The notes beneath the pieces are model-generated. The model ran no database searches. It was not told where the DNA came from and saw only the letters and a list, made by a program, of their open reading frames with translations. The position numbers and the translations under genes are program-made. DNA of 64,000 nucleotides. It comes from a virus. The DNA is taken from the IMG/VR virus record IMGVR_UViG_3300043570_001741, positions 64,001-128,000 of that record; one strand, given 5' to 3'. The stretch's first letter is position 1. Every line of letters begins with the position of its first letter. Of the stretch, positions 26,199 to 35,966 are shown piece by piece.

Positions 26199-26274
26199 AC
26201 GCTTGTAGCTCAATGGTTAGAGCAGGAAACTCATAATTTCTTGGTTGGGGGTTCGAGTCCCTTCGAGCGTACCA
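26199..26274 (+). tRNA. tRNA-Ile2(CAT) or Met
   Basis: Loop CTCATAA, ACCA; third CAT tRNA in window. Confidence 0.82.
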
Positions 26275-26284
26275 TATATAATTA

Positions 26285-27031
26285 ATGTCCGTGAAAAATC
26301 TAATCTTTTCATTTCTACTGTTAACAACAAATGCCTTTGGTGTGAGTTTAACTGCTCACACTTGGTTAGTTGCGGATGGTGACGGTAGAATCATACAAAG
26401 TGAAAATGGCCAAGAACTAAGGTCGATTGCCAGTATCACTAAACTTATGACTGCAATGGTCATAATAGATGCTGGTCAGAATCCAAAAGAGAAACTCGGA
26501 AATTTAACAAGAGAGCAACATATTCAAATGGCTCTTGTTATGTCAAGCAATGAATCTGCTATTACTTTATGTGATAATTATCCAGGTGGTAAATCAAGTT
26601 GTATTAGGGATATGAATTCTAAAGCTGTTGCTATGAATATGCCTAACACCAAATTTGTTGAAGCATCTGGACTAAGTCCGATGAATATCAGTACAGGAAA
26701 AGATTTGATTGAATTGGTGCTTGCTGCAAGTTATTATCCCGATATCATTCAGGCTAGTAAAACTGCTCAAGTGAAGATTCAAGTTAAAAAGAAGTGGTTC
26801 TTTTTCAACAATACGAATCCAATTATTGGTAAACGCCACGATTTCATAGTAAGTAAAACAGGATGGACAAATGCGGCCGGTGGTTGTATCGTAATGTTAT
26901 TGGATACTGATATTGGCCGCAGGCTTGTTGTGGTACTCGGTTCTAAGAATACTAGAACACGAATACCAGAAGCTGAGTTTATTGCTTTACAGAATAATTG
27001 GCAACCACAACCAAATACCTTGGCTCATTAA
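26285..27031 (+). CDS. Peptidase S11 D-Ala-D-Ala carboxy/endopeptidase (PBP7-like)
   Basis: Signal peptide, SITK, SSN, KTG motifs. Confidence 0.88.
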   Translation: MSVKNLIFSFLLLTTNAFGVSLTAHTWLVADGDGRIIQSENGQELRSIASITKLMTAMVIIDAGQNPKEKLGNLTREQHIQMALVMSSNESAITLCDNYPGGKSSCIRDMNSKAVAMNMPNTKFVEASGLSPMNISTGKDLIELVLAASYYPDIIQASKTAQVKIQVKKKWFFFNNTNPIIGKRHDFIVSKTGWTNAAGGCIVMLLDTDIGRRLVVVLGSKNTRTRIPEAEFIALQNNWQPQPNTLAH

Positions 27032-27535
27032 CAAAGCAGATAAAGCACCAACTACTATACTTGCCAAATACAATGCAGGTGCTACAGCTAAGATACTAGC
27101 TGATAATAGAACAATTGAAATCTGAAAACCTGATCCTGCAAATGTCATCCAAGGACCAGATTTGCGAATTTCATCACGTTCAGCTTCAAGTGCCTTTGCT
27201 TTAGCAAATAGTTCTTTTTTGCCTTCACCCGTTGCAGGTTCAGATTCATATCTATTGATTTTTGCAGTTAACTTATCTGCCTTCTCAAATTGTTTTCTGT
27301 CAATAGCATCATCTCTAGCCATTTCAGCAAGAGTCTGTTTAATTGATTTTGCCTGAAAGAATGCCCAAGTGTCATTAGCCTTAATTGTATTGTTCAGTAC
27401 CTTAGAACTATTGCCACTAGCAATATAAGTATTAATGGCCAACAAAGCAGCCAAAACGGTAATAAGCCATCCCGCTTTGTCTTTGATTTGTGCTTCTCTT
27501 TCGCTTCTACTAAGTGGTTTTTTTTCTTCCGCCAT
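26987..27535 (-). CDS. DUF4337-like membrane protein
   Basis: AALLAI, DTWAFFQAKSIKQ, QISIVLLSAS. Confidence 0.7.
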   Translation of the reverse strand: MAEEKKPLSRSEREAQIKDKAGWLITVLAALLAINTYIASGNSSKVLNNTIKANDTWAFFQAKSIKQTLAEMARDDAIDRKQFEKADKLTAKINRYESEPATGEGKKELFAKAKALEAERDEIRKSGPWMTFAGSGFQISIVLLSASILAVAPALYLASIVVGALSALLMSQGIWLWLPIIL

Positions 27536-27691
27536 TATCATCTCCTTTTGGTTGATAGTTCTTTCTTTCACGCCATTCTAAACATACCACTTTACGATTA
27601 TAAACATCACCTGTCCATGTCCATCGGATGCATTCGTGAGTTGGCCATCCATATGTCGTTGTATTTAGTGCTACTGCTAAAATAAAGGCAA

Positions 27692-28183
27692 TCATCGAGT
27701 TAAAGCAAAGAAAGCTAAACCAACAATTGGAACAAGAATCATAAAGGTGCCAACGCCAATCAATGATAACATAATCAATTCAGCTATCTGTTCTTTTTTC
27801 TTTTTATCAGCAATTGCTTGTCTTCTAAGAAATTCTTTCTTCTCTTTAATTAATCTGGTTTGTTCAGACAACATTTCATCCCATATATCTCCATTGCCTG
27901 AATATATTAAAAGTTCTTTCAACTCTTTTGCATACATTCTAAGCTGCTTGGCCGCCATAGCAAGTTGCAAGGCTTGTTGACCAATTTGAGCATCTGTTTT
28001 ATTTGCATTGTCGGCTTTTATTTTATTAGCCGCGGCCAGCACATCATTACTAGCACTAAAAAATCTACTAAAGTCACCAATGATACCATTAATATCTTTA
28101 CCCATATTAATGGCAGCCTTGATGCCATTAACAGCACCCTGAGCAGTAGCAAATGCAACACTAATGCTTACAGGGTCTATCAT
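27692..28183 (-). CDS. Hypothetical protein with C-terminal TM
   Basis: MIDPVS N-terminus, coiled coil, TM helix. Confidence 0.6.
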   Translation of the reverse strand: MIDPVSISVAFATAQGAVNGIKAAINMGKDINGIIGDFSRFFSASNDVLAAANKIKADNANKTDAQIGQQALQLAMAAKQLRMYAKELKELLIYSGNGDIWDEMLSEQTRLIKEKKEFLRRQAIADKKKKEQIAELIMLSLIGVGTFMILVPIVGLAFFALTR

Positions 28184-28184
28184 A

Positions 28185-28805
28185 TTACTTGTTAGCTAAA
28201 GGGTTATCAATAGCCTTTTGAATTTTGCTATCAACTTCTTTTTTGAGTGTCTCAACTTCACGGTTAATTTCTCTGCGAGCTGAGGTAAATTCACTGTTGA
28301 TTTCTTTGCGAGTTGTTTCCATATCCTTACGAATAGCGGCAGCTTCAGTTCTGGCTCTTTCTAGGTCTTCTCGAACTGCCTTACGCATATCACGCATTTC
28401 AGACTCAGTTTCACGTTGTGCATTTTTAACACTACGCTCAACCTGTTCGGTTACGGTTTCATTGCGGCGAATGTCATTCTTCAAATCAACTTTAATATCA
28501 CGAGTATAGTCTGCACCCTTTTGACTATTTTCTTCAATGACTGCTAGGCGTTTGTCAAATTCTGAAAGGTCTGGTGCTTCGTAGGAAGCAATCTTCTTTT
28601 TCATACCTTGATAGTCTTTGTAAACCTCAAAGGTACCATAAAGACCGCCTAGAGCGGATGAAACAAGAGTGAATGCAACCATTAGTTTGGCTGGTGTAAA
28701 TTCATACCCACCGATACTAATGACTGTATCTTTGCTTGCATACTTTTTTACTGCCGCTTCGGCTTCATCAATTTTAGCATTTACATTTTTGATTTCTTCT
28801 GCCAT
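28185..28805 (-). CDS. Membrane-anchored coiled-coil protein
   Basis: TM segment then long heptads, ends DNPLANK. Confidence 0.6.
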   Translation of the reverse strand: MAEEIKNVNAKIDEAEAAVKKYASKDTVISIGGYEFTPAKLMVAFTLVSSALGGLYGTFEVYKDYQGMKKKIASYEAPDLSEFDKRLAVIEENSQKGADYTRDIKVDLKNDIRRNETVTEQVERSVKNAQRETESEMRDMRKAVREDLERARTEAAAIRKDMETTRKEINSEFTSARREINREVETLKKEVDSKIQKAIDNPLANK

Positions 28806-28814
28806 TTTCTTTCC

Positions 28815-30683
28815 TTATTTGTATTGTAAGTTGACTAATTCTTGGTGTAATCTATCAGAACTAAGTTGTCGCAAAACCATTACATTATCGATAACTTTTT
28901 GATCCTTGTAAACTTCTTTAGGTGGATAAAAAGTTGTGTCCCTTATAGTAAATGAATATAGCTCAAATCCTCTTGGTTGAGTAGCCATCGAGGCAATATC
29001 AACACCACTAGCTAAATCATTTGGTTGCACATTTCTATTAACCGATGGACCACGTTGTTCTATATTTGATTGCATCATTTCAAAATTTTGTTGCGTCATC
29101 ATCTCTGATAATGGATTACCAGGACGACTGGTACCACTAAAAGATGCTACTTGCATAGGAACTTCAACTTCAGTTTGCCGTATTGTAACTCTAGGTTGAT
29201 ACATTGCTACTGTTTGAGGTTGTTGATTGTTATTCAAAGACAATCCGTTATTGGTTGAATTGAAACCAAATGAATTGTTATTGACTGTGATTCCTGTTCC
29301 AGAACTATACTGGATTGACTGTGTGCTTGATTGTGTTGCCTGTATGTTTTGAAATGATTGTGTTGTTTGTTGTGTCGATTGTGTGGTTTGTTGTGTTTGA
29401 TTCAATTGCGTTGCCACTTGCATTGAAGATTGAGTTGTTTGACTAGAAAATTGTGCAGCTGCAGCCGCACTTGCTGAACTCATTTCATTCAATGAGGCAA
29501 TTGTAGATGTAACTGTTGCCTGTGATTGTTGTGTTGAACCCTCTACAACTTTGGCTGCATTTTGTACGGCCATTTGTTGAGTTGCTTTATCCTTCTCTTG
29601 TACAGATTTAATAATACTTAAAGCCTGACTTGTGGTCATTTTTGGACCATCATTGCTTTTTGCAGGTGATCCACTAGACGTTGGTCCAGAACTTGAAGCC
29701 GTTGCAGATTGTTGCGCTACTTGCGGAGGACCTCCAGCGGGTTGAGGACTTGTGGGTGCGGGACCTGCTTGTGTTGGACTAGGTTGTGCCGGATCCATTT
29801 GAGCAACGGATGGGTTTTGATTTACATCTTGAGTTTGCGATACTGGACCCTGTTGTGTAGGTGTAGAAACTTGTTGTGATGGTTGAATCGCAACATTGAT
29901 AGACTCAGGTAATGATTGTGTAGCAGTAGGCGTTGTATATGTGGTTGTAGGAATATAAGAAGTTGTAGGACTCAATATTGAATTTTTAATATTGGCTATG
30001 GCATATCCTGAACAAGTAGGGCTTGACAATGGATCAGCAATACAAGGATCAGGTTTAACTGAATACTTTAAACTGAAACTAACATTATAAATTTCAGGAC
30101 CGTAATTACCAGACCAGAAATTATTATCTCTACCTACAAAACCTACTTGTGCATTACCAAGGGTTGCTACTGTATATGGTGTTGTAAATGTTTCGCTAAA
30201 GTTAAACTGTGTCCAATTATATCGCCTGTTAGTTTGACTTGTGTAATCATAGTTAGCAACCTGATTACCAGTGCTCCCATACAATTTTACATATGCAGAC
30301 AAATAGTCTTGCCGGCCATCATCCCAACCGTTACCATTCTTAGCCATAAAACCAAAATTGAAACCGCTAAGTTGTACACCACTACCACCAATGGACAAAG
30401 CCTTGTTTATGCTAACAATTTGATTTAAATCTACAGTACCATACGAGAAGTTAATAACACCGTTTGGTCGTACACTAGGATTTGGCCCGCAGTTTCCAGG
30501 TTGACCATACTGAAAACACAATTGGTCAACGTACACACCATTATTCCATTTACTTGTCGTATCTGTAGGTGTACTACCGTAATTAATTAAATTGCCGGTA
30601 GTAGATATATCTTGACTGTTAGAATAACTTGTGAACAAGAACGCCGAGAACAGCGCCAATGCCAATTTTCTTATGAGTGTCAT
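28815..30683 (-). CDS. Secreted protein, beta-rich N-domain plus Q/S/T/P-rich region
   Basis: Signal peptide, DPC..DPLSSPTC.GY, low-complexity C-half. Confidence 0.65.
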   Translation of the reverse strand: MTLIRKLALALFSAFLFTSYSNSQDISTTGNLINYGSTPTDTTSKWNNGVYVDQLCFQYGQPGNCGPNPSVRPNGVINFSYGTVDLNQIVSINKALSIGGSGVQLSGFNFGFMAKNGNGWDDGRQDYLSAYVKLYGSTGNQVANYDYTSQTNRRYNWTQFNFSETFTTPYTVATLGNAQVGFVGRDNNFWSGNYGPEIYNVSFSLKYSVKPDPCIADPLSSPTCSGYAIANIKNSILSPTTSYIPTTTYTTPTATQSLPESINVAIQPSQQVSTPTQQGPVSQTQDVNQNPSVAQMDPAQPSPTQAGPAPTSPQPAGGPPQVAQQSATASSSGPTSSGSPAKSNDGPKMTTSQALSIIKSVQEKDKATQQMAVQNAAKVVEGSTQQSQATVTSTIASLNEMSSASAAAAAQFSSQTTQSSMQVATQLNQTQQTTQSTQQTTQSFQNIQATQSSTQSIQYSSGTGITVNNNSFGFNSTNNGLSLNNNQQPQTVAMYQPRVTIRQTEVEVPMQVASFSGTSRPGNPLSEMMTQQNFEMMQSNIEQRGPSVNRNVQPNDLASGVDIASMATQPRGFELYSFTIRDTTFYPPKEVYKDQKVIDNVMVLRQLSSDRLHQELVNLQYK

Positions 30684-31779
30684 CTGCTATTACCTTGTCA
30701 AGTGCTGGAATTTTTTCTGGATTTGCTTCCCAAGATGCTTTAGCTTGAGCACCAATTTGACCTTCATACGGGCAAGGTGTGCCTGCGGCCATCATAGCGT
30801 CAAACACTCTACGGTCTTGGCACATAGTAGCAACTGCAGCTACTTTCATACCCATATCATAAAGAGTCTTGGACAACTTCAGGCGTTCGCAATTCAGGTC
30901 TCTGACAGTACCACCACTAGACACACCAAAAATCTGCGTCTGAACAGAACCAGAAGTTCCTGTTGAACACAAATCGGTATTTCCACCACTCATCATTGCC
31001 GGTGCAACAGCTGTTGGAGGAGGTTGAATAACTTTCTGAGTGATAGTTGATTCATTTATGTTACGATTCGTCATGTCACCAGAGTTAATGTTTTGGTTAA
31101 CATTAGCATTTTGGTTAACACTTGTACTGGTACTGGCTGATGTTGAAGCATTGATATTACGATTGGTCATATCGCCACTATTCACATTATTGTTTTGGTT
31201 AACACTAGTGCTTGTATTAACGTTTGTATTTCTACTATCACTGGTTGAAGCATTGACATTGTTGTTATTGTATGTCATTGTACCGGTGTTTTCACTTTTA
31301 TTGATATTGGTTGATGTACTGGTGCTATTATTGTTATTGTTAAATGTCTGAGTTCCGCTATTGACGTTGTTGTTTGTGTTTACGCTGGTAGAGGTTGAAG
31401 CATTGACATTATTGTTATTGTTGGTCATTGTGCCGCTATTGACGTTATTATTGTTAAACGTCTGAGTACCAGAATTTACGTTGTTGTTATTGTTTGTATA
31501 AGTGACTGAACCACTCATAACGTTGTTGTTGTTATTGTTGTTTGTCAGAGTACCGCTATTGACATTGTTATTGTTGTTGGTATTGGTACTTGTACTGCCA
31601 ACTGTAGTTTGGTTGATATTGGTTATAGTGCCACTGTTAACATTATTTGTGTTAACGGTACTTGTGCTGGTGCTTGTGCTATTTGTGTCTACCAGACTTT
31701 TAGTATCATATGTGGTCTGAGCGAAAGCCCCGCCACCAATCATAACAAAAAGAAGCGCAGCTATCTTTTTGCGTAGCAT
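30619..31779 (-). CDS. Secreted Asn-rich repeat protein with Cys-containing C-domain
   Basis: Signal peptide, about 11 NNN(V/I)N(SG/AS) repeats, PPPTAVAP, NCER, MCQD, GTPCP. Confidence 0.7.
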   Translation of the reverse strand: MLRKKIAALLFVMIGGGAFAQTTYDTKSLVDTNSTSTSTSTVNTNNVNSGTITNINQTTVGSTSTNTNNNNNVNSGTLTNNNNNNNVMSGSVTYTNNNNNVNSGTQTFNNNNVNSGTMTNNNNNVNASTSTSVNTNNNVNSGTQTFNNNNNSTSTSTNINKSENTGTMTYNNNNVNASTSDSRNTNVNTSTSVNQNNNVNSGDMTNRNINASTSASTSTSVNQNANVNQNINSGDMTNRNINESTITQKVIQPPPTAVAPAMMSGGNTDLCSTGTSGSVQTQIFGVSSGGTVRDLNCERLKLSKTLYDMGMKVAAVATMCQDRRVFDAMMAAGTPCPYEGQIGAQAKASWEANPEKIPALDKVIADDTHKKIGIGAVLGVLVHKLF

Positions 31780-31835
31780 TTCTTTTTCCTTTTATGTTTT
31801 TGTTTCCTATCAAATGGTTCATTAAACTATATGGG

Positions 31836-31843
31836 TATTTATG
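31836..31843 (-). promoter_or_regulatory. Probable late promoter for minus-strand cluster
   Basis: CATAAATA on minus strand, about 57 nt upstream of 31779. Confidence 0.5.
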
Positions 31844-31863
31844 CCTCCATTGACTCCACACGC

Positions 31864-31917
31864 TGTTGTTTTGGCACAACATAGGCTCTTGATTAATTTG
31901 ACTACATATGTTATACT
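31864..31917 (+). promoter_or_regulatory. Early promoter with palindrome
   Basis: TGTTG-N8-CAACA 31864, TTGATT 31889, TATACT 31912. Confidence 0.75.
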
Positions 31918-31939
31918 AGAACATAAACAAGGACTTTAT

Positions 31940-32206
31940 ATGTCAGATGGAATCTACATACTAAAGACGGCTGATGGTTTTCGTGTTACTTACTCAAAAC
32001 GATATGATGATTTTGTGACAATTGAAGGCAAGTTGGTTGGTCTTTCGGTAAATGAATGTTTTGGTTCATGTGAACCTTTACGAACACAGGAAAATGCTAT
32101 GGATGTGGCACAACGGCTTGCGAGAAAATACCACGAAACCGATGATGGTATTTGTTTGATTGAAATAGGTAAAAAACAAACATTTGATGAAATTGTAGGA
32201 ATTTAA
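31940..32206 (+). CDS. Hypothetical protein
   Basis: AAGGA RBS, MSDGIYIL start. Confidence 0.6.
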   Translation: MSDGIYILKTADGFRVTYSKRYDDFVTIEGKLVGLSVNECFGSCEPLRTQENAMDVAQRLARKYHETDDGICLIEIGKKQTFDEIVGI

Positions 32207-32207
32207 A

Positions 32208-33260
32208 ATGGCTACTAGACATTTAAAAATTGAAGAACCAAAATTTATTAATGAGATGACCACTATTCAATTAATGAATAGTTTAAATTGGTATCATCAG
32301 AATAAAGAATATAAAGAAGGTGTTAATTACATCCAAGATTATGCCAAGAAGCATAAAATTGAAGGCCGTGTTGATACCTCAAAAAGCATTTTAACATTAG
32401 CTTGGGCTTGCCGTCTTGTGATGAACGGAAATGATATTGGTGAAAAAGGTCGAAACTTTTTAAATGCCGAAATCAGAAATGTCATGCAAAAAGAAGTTGA
32501 AGAAGCATCGGTTAAAGTTGATACAACACCGACAGTTTCAATTCAGGAAAGATTGCGTGAAAAGGTTGCAGAAATTGCTGGTGACCTTGAAGGTGCTATT
32601 GACGATTATATTGAAAATGACTTTGCCCACCCAGCGTCACCTTTTGCTATTATGCAAGACAGAGCTAAAGGCGTTCATGCACAAAGGTTGATTGAGCAGT
32701 TTAAGAAACGCAGGATTGAATTTGATGAAGTGTTACACACCAAAGATGCTGAAATTAAAGAAGGTTATGGCAACTTTACTAAACCACAACTGAAGAAGAT
32801 TGTGGCTTTGTGTGATGCTATCATTACTGATGCCATGAAGATTGCTGGTGAAGCCAAAGTTAATCGTAAACCACGTAAACGTAAACAAAAATCTGCCGAT
32901 GAATTGGTGGCTAAGATGAATTACTGCCAAGAGTTTGCAGAATTGAAGTTAAAATCGGTTGCACCAAAAGAAGTCATTGGTGCGTTACAAGTTTGGGTAT
33001 ATAATACCAAGACTAGAAAATTAGGTTGTTATCATGCAGAAGATGCTGGCGGCATTTCAGTCAAAGGGTCATCGCTGTTGAATTTCAATGAGACCAAATC
33101 GGTACAGAAGAAACTCAGAAAACCAGAAGTTACTTTGCCTGAAGTATTGAAAGGTGGCAAAATTTATCTAAGAAGTGCAATAGATAACATTAAAGCTGTA
33201 GATTCAGCCTTGACAGGACGTATCAATGGTGATACAATCTTGGTGCGCTGTATTAAATAA
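32208..33260 (+). CDS. Hypothetical protein (350 aa)
   Basis: Long ORF with AGGA RBS. Confidence 0.65.
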   Translation: MATRHLKIEEPKFINEMTTIQLMNSLNWYHQNKEYKEGVNYIQDYAKKHKIEGRVDTSKSILTLAWACRLVMNGNDIGEKGRNFLNAEIRNVMQKEVEEASVKVDTTPTVSIQERLREKVAEIAGDLEGAIDDYIENDFAHPASPFAIMQDRAKGVHAQRLIEQFKKRRIEFDEVLHTKDAEIKEGYGNFTKPQLKKIVALCDAIITDAMKIAGEAKVNRKPRKRKQKSADELVAKMNYCQEFAELKLKSVAPKEVIGALQVWVYNTKTRKLGCYHAEDAGGISVKGSSLLNFNETKSVQKKLRKPEVTLPEVLKGGKIYLRSAIDNIKAVDSALTGRINGDTILVRCIK

Positions 33261-33268
33261 GGATTATT

Positions 33269-34102
33269 ATGAAGATTGCTGTTTGTTCCGATATTCACCT
33301 AGAATTCGGTCCTATTGAATTAGAAAACACCGACAATGCCGATGTGCTGATATTGTCTGGTGACATTTGTGTAGCTAAAGACTTGCCTTATAGTGATTCT
33401 AAAAAGGGTGGTATAGCTAGAGACTTTTTTAGAATGTGTGCTTTGAGATTTCCGCATGTACTCTATGTTATGGGTAATCATGAGCATTATAATGGAGATT
33501 TTGCCAAGAGTGCCAAGATTATCAAAGAAGAACTTGCTCAATATGCTAATGTCCATCTACTTGATAAAGAAATCAAATTGATTGGTGATGTTACCTTTAT
33601 TGGTGGAACATTGTGGACTGATATGAACAAGGAAGATGGAATCACTTTATATCATATGAAAACTATGATGAATGATTTTATGTGTGTAACAAATGCAAAC
33701 CGAGAAACGTCTTATAAAGATGAAGGTGGAATGAATCATACAAGAAAAACTCGCTTTACTCCAGAAGATGCGGTTGAAGACCACAAAAAAATGGTAGGTT
33801 ACATTAAACAAATTGTTGTTGAGAAGCCTGATGAGAAATTTGTTGTGGTTGGCCATCATGCGCCAAGTAAAGCTTCTACTCATCCTAGATATATCAAAGA
33901 AGAAATTATGAATGGTGGATATAGCTCTGATTTGTCGGAGTTTATACTAGATAGGCCACAAATTAAATTGTGGACACATGGACATACGCATGAAGAATTC
34001 GATTACATGATTGGGTCTACCCGTATTGTTTGCAACCCACGTGGTTACATTAATTACGAAGACCGTGCTGATAAATTTACTTTAAAAACTGTGGAGATTT
34101 AA
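33269..34102 (+). CDS. Calcineurin-like metallophosphoesterase
   Basis: SDIHLE, SGDI, GNHE, HHAP, HGHTH. Confidence 0.9.
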   Translation: MKIAVCSDIHLEFGPIELENTDNADVLILSGDICVAKDLPYSDSKKGGIARDFFRMCALRFPHVLYVMGNHEHYNGDFAKSAKIIKEELAQYANVHLLDKEIKLIGDVTFIGGTLWTDMNKEDGITLYHMKTMMNDFMCVTNANRETSYKDEGGMNHTRKTRFTPEDAVEDHKKMVGYIKQIVVEKPDEKFVVVGHHAPSKASTHPRYIKEEIMNGGYSSDLSEFILDRPQIKLWTHGHTHEEFDYMIGSTRIVCNPRGYINYEDRADKFTLKTVEI

Positions 34103-34103
34103 A

Positions 34104-34625
34104 ATGGGATACAATTATAGCCGATACGAAGAACTAGTCACGATGCTCATGGAAGCTTCATGGCGTGACCCCGAAGATTTGGAAATTGGTAGGGATATTT
34201 CAGACCAACCAGAAGTTAAAATTATTTTTGATGGTTATGGTGATTTAGAAATTGACAATGGTGTTGATGAGTATCAATATAAAGAAGGTGGCAACACCAA
34301 GATGGAATCATATGCCATCTTTATTCACAAGGATGCATTAGAACCTGAGTTTATATTCCCTGAGCATGAGCTGACTCCTTGGGCTTTGATTCATAGACCA
34401 AAAGAAGAAATCTGCATCTATGCATGGTATGACGTAGAGAATGACATTTGGGATATCTTACCAATTGAAGATAGGCTAGATGAAGATAATACAATGACTG
34501 CCGAAGATGTAATGGTAATACTTGAAGGCCTCTATGAGTATTATTTTAAACCATGGGAAGGCAAGTTTACGAATGACCCCGAAACTGGTTTGCCTAATTG
34601 GCCATTCCCTACCGCCAAACCTTAA
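34104..34625 (+). CDS. Acidic hypothetical protein
   Basis: ORF with GGAG RBS. Confidence 0.55.
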   Translation: MGYNYSRYEELVTMLMEASWRDPEDLEIGRDISDQPEVKIIFDGYGDLEIDNGVDEYQYKEGGNTKMESYAIFIHKDALEPEFIFPEHELTPWALIHRPKEEICIYAWYDVENDIWDILPIEDRLDEDNTMTAEDVMVILEGLYEYYFKPWEGKFTNDPETGLPNWPFPTAKP

Positions 34626-34666
34626 TTATTGCCTCACTAGTGATGAATTTGTGATATACTGACTGT

Positions 34667-35515
34667 ATGATTATATTTGATTTTAACCAAGTTGCTATTT
34701 CTAATCTGATGGAACAAATCGGTTCGTCTAAGACTGCGGTCGAAGAAAGTCTGGTTCGCCACATGATTCTTAATAGCTTGCGTACCTATGTGAAGAAGTT
34801 TCGTGACTCACATGGGCCAGAAGTTATCATTGCTTGCGACAATAAAAAATATTGGCGCCGTGATATCTTCCCACACTATAAAGCCAGTCGGAAGAAAATG
34901 CGTGAGGCATCTGGACATGATTGGGTTACTATCTTTGAATGTTTGAGTAAAATCAAACAAGAATTGAAAGACCATTCTCCATATAAAGTTATTGATGTTG
35001 ACTCATGCGAAGCTGATGATGTTATTGCTGTATTGGCAACAAAATACTCAGCTACTCAAAAGGTTATGATTCTGTCAAGTGATAAAGACTTTGCTCAATT
35101 GCAAAAGTTTCCTAACGTAGAACAGTATTCACCAATTCTAAAGAAGTTCATTCGTGAGCCTTTACCTTCAGCTCAACTCAAACAACTTATTATTCGAGGA
35201 GACAAAGGCGATGGCATCCCTAATATTCTTAGTGCTGATGATTGCTTTATTACTGCGACTAGGCAGAAACCAATAACTGAAGCAAAAATCATTAATTGGA
35301 TGAATCAGCAACCTTCAGAGTTTTGTAATGAAGATATGATGAGGAACTATTCTCGTAATGAGAATTTGATTGATTTGACGATGATTCCGTCAACTCTGAA
35401 GGTTGCTATACTAGATACCTATGATAACACCAAAGGTAAGACTAAACAAGAGTTTATGAACTATCTGATGGTGAATCGACTTAAAAATTTGTTAGAAGTA
35501 ATTGATGAATTTTGA
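34667..35515 (+). CDS. rnh: T4-like RNase H / 5'-3' exonuclease
   Basis: WRR..FPHYKASR, EADD, SSDKDF.QL, GDKGDGIPN. Confidence 0.92.
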   Translation: MIIFDFNQVAISNLMEQIGSSKTAVEESLVRHMILNSLRTYVKKFRDSHGPEVIIACDNKKYWRRDIFPHYKASRKKMREASGHDWVTIFECLSKIKQELKDHSPYKVIDVDSCEADDVIAVLATKYSATQKVMILSSDKDFAQLQKFPNVEQYSPILKKFIREPLPSAQLKQLIIRGDKGDGIPNILSADDCFITATRQKPITEAKIINWMNQQPSEFCNEDMMRNYSRNENLIDLTMIPSTLKVAILDTYDNTKGKTKQEFMNYLMVNRLKNLLEVIDEF

Positions 35516-35533
35516 TATAACCCACTTGAGAAC

Positions 35534-35965
35534 ATGATGAGCTCTGAAAAACTATACTCCGAAATTTTTGAAGATTTCGATAAATGCAAAAACAAAGAAG
35601 AACGTATTGGCGTGTTACGGAAGAATTTTCATCCACGCTTTGCTGAATTCTTGCAAATGGCATTTCACCCAAATATTGAATTTGATGTACCAATCCCGAA
35701 TTACAGACCGGCAACTGAACCTGCTGGTTTGAATTTCTCGTATATTGATACTGAGATTTCTAAGATGTATCGATTCATTAAAGGTCATCCAAAACGACCT
35801 GAAGGATTGACACCACATAAACAAACTAGTATTCTGTTGGTCATTCTAGAATCACTACATAAAGACGAAGCTGAACTGCTTGTTAAATTGTTCAAAAAAG
35901 ATTTAGGTGTAAAATACCTAACATTGAATCTTGTTAAAGAAGCATATCCAACTTTAAACATTTAA
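35534..35965 (+). CDS. Conserved T4-like hypothetical protein downstream of rnh
   Basis: LESLHKDEAELL...KKDL. Confidence 0.6.
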   Translation: MMSSEKLYSEIFEDFDKCKNKEERIGVLRKNFHPRFAEFLQMAFHPNIEFDVPIPNYRPATEPAGLNFSYIDTEISKMYRFIKGHPKRPEGLTPHKQTSILLVILESLHKDEAELLVKLFKKDLGVKYLTLNLVKEAYPTLNI

Positions 35966-35966
35966 A

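Noticed and set aside
31040-31720. Plus-strand Leu/Val-rich ORFs and apparent TTG/TTA tandem repeats
   Set aside because: Mirror of the Asn/Thr codons of the minus-strand repeat protein; not a CRISPR array or separate gene
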